Part shown: positions 59,458 through 64,000 of the stretch, in pieces
How positions within the stretch are numbered: position 1 is the first letter of the stretch
How the letters are laid out: each line of letters begins with the position of its first letter
Notes under the pieces: generated by a model
Database searches by the model: none
The model's input: the letters and a program-made list of their open reading frames with translations, nothing else
Told to the model about the DNA's origin: nothing
Assembly (NCBI GenBank): GCA_043821645.1
Contig: JBDRCO010000068.1
Coordinates: forward strand, 192,001 to 256,000
Length of the DNA: 64,000 bases
From: Pseudomonadota bacterium
Lineage (GTDB): Bacteria; Myxococcota; JACRCW01; JAFGSX01
Direction of reading: 5' to 3'
Program-made: the position numbers and the translations under genes

Positions 59458-60000
59458 TCAGTCGGTGAACAGAGCCTGCTCGAAGCTGGCGTAGCTGCGC
59501 GCGTCGAACAGCACGAACACGATCTTGCGCAGGTGCACCGGCTCGGCCTCGAGAAAGGCGCGGACCTGGGCCGCGGCGATATGTGCGGCGCGCTCGAGCG
59601 GGAAGCCATAGGCCCCGGTGCCGATCGAGGGGAGCGCGATGGAGGTGCAACCCGCGTCCTCCGCGAGCTGCAGCGAGGTCCGATAGGCGCCAGCAAGCAG
59701 CAGATCGTCGCTGGCCTCATCACCGCTCCAGATCGGTCCCACGGCGTGAATCACGTGCTGCACGCCATTCTGCTCGAGGTCGTATGCGGCAGTGATCACC
59801 GCAGCGCCGGTGGCGCAGCCACCCAACTTGCGGCACTCCTTGAGCAGCCGTGGCCCCGCCGCCCTGTGCACGGCTCCATCGACCCCGCCTCCACCGCGCA
59901 GCTGCGCATTGGCCGCGGTGACCAGGGCTTCCACACTCTGCTCGGTGATATCCCCTTGCTCGATGATCACGCGCCCCGACCCCAGATCCCGCTCCAGCAT
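59458..60000 (-). CDS. Macrodomain protein (YmdB-like O-acetyl-ADP-ribose deacetylase)
   Basis: GDIT, TAAN, GGGGVDGAVH, VIHAVGP, SIGTGAYGF. Confidence 0.92.
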   Translation of the reverse strand: MLERDLGSGRVIIEQGDITEQSVEALVTAANAQLRGGGGVDGAVHRAAGPRLLKECRKLGGCATGAAVITAAYDLEQNGVQHVIHAVGPIWSGDEASDDLLLAGAYRTSLQLAEDAGCTSIALPSIGTGAYGFPLERAAHIAAAQVRAFLEAEPVHLRKIVFVLFDARSYASFEQALFTD

Positions 60001-60260
60001 CGCCCAGCCTTTCACTGTTTCGCCTGTTGCCCGTGCCCTCCCCGGCCCGGTTGACAGGTGCGTCGCATGCGCCATACAGATGTCTCTTCAATCTGGACCA
60101 GGCCGGCAGGCAATGCAAGCCGGCCCGGGCGCGGGGCCAGGCAGGGGGCACGAAGCCTGCTGTGGCGCACGGACACGCGGCGCGGCAGGACCAGCCAGCA
60201 GCCGCGGCGAAAACAAGTGGGGTCCCGGTCCGGCCCCACGCGCAGCACAAGGAGTCGGGC

Positions 60261-61127
60261 ATGGCCAGGGTCGTCAAGTGCGGGTTGATCCAGTGTGGGC
60301 TCGCCAAGAGCGAGGGCAGTGTCGATGAGATCAAGGAGGCGATGGTGCTCAAACACCTGCCCCTGATCGAGGATGCGGGTAAGAAGGGCGTGCAGATCCT
60401 CTGTCTGCAGGAGATCTTCAACACCCCGTACTTCTGCCCGGCGCAGACCCCGGACTGGTATGCCAGCGCCGAGACCATCCCCGGTCCCACCGTCGAACGC
60501 ATGCAGGCCCTGGCCAAGAAGCACCAGATGGTGATCGTGGTCCCCATCTACGAGAAGGTCATGGCCGGCGTCTTTTACAACTCGGCCGCGGTCATCGACG
60601 CTGATGGCAGCTACCTGGGCAAGTACCGCAAGCACCACATCCCACAGACCGCGGGCTTCTGGGAGAAGTACTACTTCAAGCCCGGCAATGGCGGCTGGCC
60701 CGTGTTCAAGACGCGCTACGCCGACGTCGGCGTGTACATCTGCTACGACCGGCACTTTCCCGAGGGTGCACGCCTGCTCGGCCTGCACGGCGCCGAGATC
60801 GTGTTCAACCCTTCGGCCACGGTGGCCGGCCTGTCGCAATACCTGTGGAAGCTGGAGCAGCCCGCACACGCCGTGGCCAATGGCTACTACATGGGTTGCA
60901 TCAACCGCGTGGGCACCGAGGCGCCGTGGAACATCGGTCGCTTCTACGGCACCAGCTACTTCGTCAACCCGCGAGGACAGATCCTGGCCGAGGCCAGCGA
61001 GGACAAGGACGAACTTGTGGTGGCCGAGCTTGACCTCGACCTCATCGACGAGGTGCGCAACACCTGGCAGTTCTTCCGCGACCGTCGGCCCGAGGCCTAC
61101 GAGGAGTTGGTGCAGCAGCTGCCCTGA
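60261..61127 (+). CDS. Nitrilase-family beta-ureidopropionase (beta-alanine synthase)
   Basis: LQEIF, YRKHHIP, ICYDRHFPEG (E-K-C triad), FFRDRRP; near dihydropyrimidinase. Confidence 0.92.
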   Translation: MARVVKCGLIQCGLAKSEGSVDEIKEAMVLKHLPLIEDAGKKGVQILCLQEIFNTPYFCPAQTPDWYASAETIPGPTVERMQALAKKHQMVIVVPIYEKVMAGVFYNSAAVIDADGSYLGKYRKHHIPQTAGFWEKYYFKPGNGGWPVFKTRYADVGVYICYDRHFPEGARLLGLHGAEIVFNPSATVAGLSQYLWKLEQPAHAVANGYYMGCINRVGTEAPWNIGRFYGTSYFVNPRGQILAEASEDKDELVVAELDLDLIDEVRNTWQFFRDRRPEAYEELVQQLP

Positions 61128-61162
61128 GCAGCGGCCCGAGCACGTATCGAGCGGAGGTATCC

Positions 61163-62026
61163 ATGACACGACACAACCGGGTCGGGTGGCTGCTGCTGGG
61201 CATGGCGCTGTGGCCCGTGGGCTGCGAGTGCGGTGAGGCTCCACCACCCGGGGGCGGGCCCGACGCTGGCTCCTTCGATGTGCGGCCGACCATCGTCTAT
61301 GCCGACATCGAGGGCGCGCAGCAGCTGGTGGTGGTCGGTGACACGCTGGCCGCCGGTGGTGGCGTGCCCATCGCTGCCAACTTCGTGTCCCTGGTCCTGC
61401 ACAACGACGACACGGCGTTTCCGGACTTCGCCGGTCAGGACCTCGAGACCCTGCGCCCGGGCAGCGACCGCTTCAACCTGGCGGTGGATGGGGCTCGGGT
61501 CCAGGGCTTGCTCGAGGTGCAGGCGCCCAACGTGCCTGAAAACGCCACCGCCGTGGTCCTGGCGACAGGTCTCGAGGACTTTCTGGACCAGGCCGGGAGC
61601 AGCGCCGAGGAGGGAGCCGCCGAGGCCGCGATCTTTGGTGCCCTCCTCGACGATGTGGTGGGCAGCCTGCGCAATCTGTCGCGCTTTCCGGTGCTGCCCC
61701 GGGTCTACCTGTTGACCATCCCTGACGCCAGCGACGGCGCCGGCGACCTTGGCGAGCTGTACGGCCTCGGCACCTGGGCCGATGCCCGGTCCGTGCTCAC
61801 CGCCTACAACGCGGAGATCGTCGAGGTGGCCTCGCGCCAGAGCGCGGTGGTGGTGGACGTCCGCAGCCACTTTTTGGGCCATGGCGCACATTTTGACGAC
61901 ACCGCCAACCCCAACCACGACGCGAGCGACGCCACGGCCTGGCTGCAGCTCGACCTCCGGCGGCCCAATCGCCGGGGCCACAGCGAGCTCAGGCGCCTGG
62001 TCCTGGACAAGGTGCTGGGCCACTGA
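61163..62026 (+). CDS. SGNH/GDSL-fold lipoprotein with substituted catalytic residues
   Basis: PVGC lipobox; VVGDTL, NLAVDGA, GLED, DLRRPNRRGH blocks. Confidence 0.75.
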   Translation: MTRHNRVGWLLLGMALWPVGCECGEAPPPGGGPDAGSFDVRPTIVYADIEGAQQLVVVGDTLAAGGGVPIAANFVSLVLHNDDTAFPDFAGQDLETLRPGSDRFNLAVDGARVQGLLEVQAPNVPENATAVVLATGLEDFLDQAGSSAEEGAAEAAIFGALLDDVVGSLRNLSRFPVLPRVYLLTIPDASDGAGDLGELYGLGTWADARSVLTAYNAEIVEVASRQSAVVVDVRSHFLGHGAHFDDTANPNHDASDATAWLQLDLRRPNRRGHSELRRLVLDKVLGH

Positions 62027-62118
62027 GCGACGAGAGCGCCGGGGAGTGACCTCCATGCCCCGGCCGCTCCGAGACCACCAGGGCGGGTCGACCGCTCCCC
62101 AGAAAGCGAGGACAGACC

Positions 62119-63510
62119 ATGGGACTCCTGATCAAGAACGGCACGCTGGTCACCGCCATCGACGAGTTCAAGGCCGATGTGTACTGCGACGGGGGCACCA
62201 TCGCCGCCATCGGGGCCGATCTGAGCGCTGCCAAGAAGACCGGTGACGAGGTGGTGGACGCCGCGGGCCTGTACGTGCTGCCCGGCGGCATCGATCCGCA
62301 CACCCACTTCGAGCTCCCCTTCATGGGCACGGTGAGCGCCGACGACTTCGAGAGCGGCACCGCCGCGGCCCTGGCTGGCGGCACCACCTGCGTCATCGAC
62401 TTCGCCATCCCGGCCAAGGGCGGCACCCTGCGCGAGGCCCTCGACCAGTGGAAGGAGAAGGCCAAGAAGTCCGTCGCGGACTACGCCTTTCACATGGCCC
62501 TGACCGATCCCAGCGATGTCGTGATGAAGGAGATCCCGGAGCTGGTGCGGGAGCACGGTGTGACCTCGTTCAAGGCCTTCATGGCCTACAAGGGCGCCAT
62601 CGGCGTCGACGACGAGGCCCTGATCCGTTTCATGCAGGCCGTGAACCGCGGCGGCGGTCTGCTGTGGCTGCACGCCGAGAATGGAGACGCCATCCTGGAG
62701 CGGCAGCAGCGCTTTCTAGCCGAGGGCAAGACAGGTCCCGAGTGGCACGAGCCCAGCCGACCGGCCATCCTCGAGGGCGAGGCCGTGCAGCGCGCACTGG
62801 CCCTGGCCGAGCTGTACGAGGTCCCCATAGGCTTCGTGCACATGAGCAGCCGGGACGCCTACCAGGCCTTCGCCGCGGCCCGGGTGCGGGGCCAGCTCGC
62901 CTATGCCGAGACCTGCCCGCAGTACCTGGTGCTCGACGACAGCGTCTACCGCAAACCCGATTTCGAGGCCGCGACCTACGTCATGAGTCCGCCCATTCGA
63001 CCGGCGGGTCACAGCGAGTGGCTGTGGAAGGGCCTGCAGAACGGACTGCTGCAGACTGTCGGCACAGACCACTGCCCGTTCAAGCTGGTCGGGCAAAAAG
63101 ACATGGGCAAGGGCGACTTCACCAAGATCCCCAACGGCGGCCCTGGCGTCGAGAACCGGCTGCAGATCCTGTGGCACTTCGGCGTGGGCGGTGGCTGGCT
63201 CACGCGCCAGCAGTTCGTGGCCGCGACCTCGACCAACGTGGCGAGGCTCTATGGCATGTACCCGCGCAAGGGCGCGCTGCGCGTCGGATCCGACGCGGAT
63301 CTGGTACTGTGGGACCCCGACGCCAGCCAGACTCTGTCCGCCAAGAGCCAGTTCTCGCGCTGTGACCGCGCCCTGTACGAGGGCTTCAAGGTGACGGGCG
63401 CTCCGGCGCAGGTGGTCGCAGCAGGCCAGGTGAAGTTCGACCGGGGCTCGCTCAAGGTCGAGAAGGGTGCCGGTCGCTTTGTGGCGCGCACCCCCTACTC
63501 CCGGATGTAG
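62119..63510 (+). CDS. hydA: Dihydropyrimidinase
   Basis: PGGIDPHTH, SFKAFMAYK, HAENG, TDHCPF, DFTKIPNG, GSDADLV. Confidence 0.95.
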   Translation: MGLLIKNGTLVTAIDEFKADVYCDGGTIAAIGADLSAAKKTGDEVVDAAGLYVLPGGIDPHTHFELPFMGTVSADDFESGTAAALAGGTTCVIDFAIPAKGGTLREALDQWKEKAKKSVADYAFHMALTDPSDVVMKEIPELVREHGVTSFKAFMAYKGAIGVDDEALIRFMQAVNRGGGLLWLHAENGDAILERQQRFLAEGKTGPEWHEPSRPAILEGEAVQRALALAELYEVPIGFVHMSSRDAYQAFAAARVRGQLAYAETCPQYLVLDDSVYRKPDFEAATYVMSPPIRPAGHSEWLWKGLQNGLLQTVGTDHCPFKLVGQKDMGKGDFTKIPNGGPGVENRLQILWHFGVGGGWLTRQQFVAATSTNVARLYGMYPRKGALRVGSDADLVLWDPDASQTLSAKSQFSRCDRALYEGFKVTGAPAQVVAAGQVKFDRGSLKVEKGAGRFVARTPYSRM

Positions 63511-63584
63511 AATCCCGCCCGTTCAATATCGGCGCTGCTGCGCCGTCCAACCAGTTGCGCAGTACCGCGCCGGGAGCGCAGGCC

Positions 63585-64000
63585 GTGGTGCAGATTCGAC
63601 AGGTGAGTGTGCTGCTGGCGATGACCGCCGTGCTGCTTGGCGTGGCGCCGCGGCGTGGCGAGATCAAGCCGCACCTGTTCGGCCGCATCGCATACCAGGG
63701 TGAGCTGACCGAGAGCCCTGGCGACATCGACAAGGTCGCCCTGTTCAAGCAGTTGCCACCCGGGGTAAGCGTTCTCGGCGAGGCGCGCATCGTGGTCGCG
63801 GACCAGCTGGAGCCAAGTGTCGAGTCTGCGGAGCGCGTGCTCAAGGAGGTCACCTCGCGCCTGGGCGGAGACGCCGTGGCCGTGGTGAGCAGCAAGGATG
63901 TCACCTCGACCTTTCGCAAGCCGCAGGGTGATCTGAAGCGCGGCACCGAGGCGCTCGAGGAGTTCGAGATGGCGGCGGTGGTGGCGCGCACCCACGAGGG
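63585..64000 (+). CDS. Partial exported hypothetical protein (runs off the right edge)
   Basis: Open frame from GTG 63585/63588 with a hydrophobic N-terminus; LKEVTSRLGGDAV resembles the YbjQ-like heavy-metal-binding fold. Confidence 0.55.
   Translation, partial: MVQIRQVSVLLAMTAVLLGVAPRRGEIKPHLFGRIAYQGELTESPGDIDKVALFKQLPPGVSVLGEARIVVADQLEPSVESAERVLKEVTSRLGGDAVAVVSSKDVTSTFRKPQGDLKRGTEALEEFEMAAVVARTHE

Overview
High-GC bacterial chromosomal window with gene content typical of Myxococcota: Ser/Thr kinases, PEGA/TPR proteins, many Cys-rich lipoproteins and a MYXO-CTERM-like tail. The taxon is inferred. It holds about 55 genes. Housekeeping and metabolic genes are recG, greA, pdxJ, meaB, tcdA, a UvrD/PcrA helicase, ppc, rubrerythrin with its reductase, a beta-CASP nuclease, a K+ channel, a macrodomain protein and pyrimidine-degradation genes. 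These are mixed with many uncharacterised envelope proteins. I saw no rRNA, tRNA, CRISPR array, transposase or prophage. The top candidate system is at 54182-58329 (minus strand): an ECF sigma factor, a zinc-finger transmembrane anti-sigma, an exported caspase-fold protease with a probable outer-membrane beta-barrel tail, and a lipoprotein. An identical bipartite motif, TTTCGG-N14-CGGTGTCA-N11-ATG, precedes both the sigma gene and the lipoprotein gene. An R-x-K-G motif occurs in both the caspase linker and the anti-sigma juxtamembrane segment. Together these suggest caspase-driven trans-envelope signalling. The second candidate is an octaheme (OTR-family) cytochrome lipoprotein carried on seven 8-Cys repeats. 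It lies under a sigma54 promoter next to an enhancer-binding protein and a diguanylate cyclase that both have Cys-rich PAS domains. Also present are several apparent pseudo-enzymes, a stand-alone PHD/RING-like finger and a frameshifted sirtuin. All family assignments come from reading motifs by eye; no database search was run.
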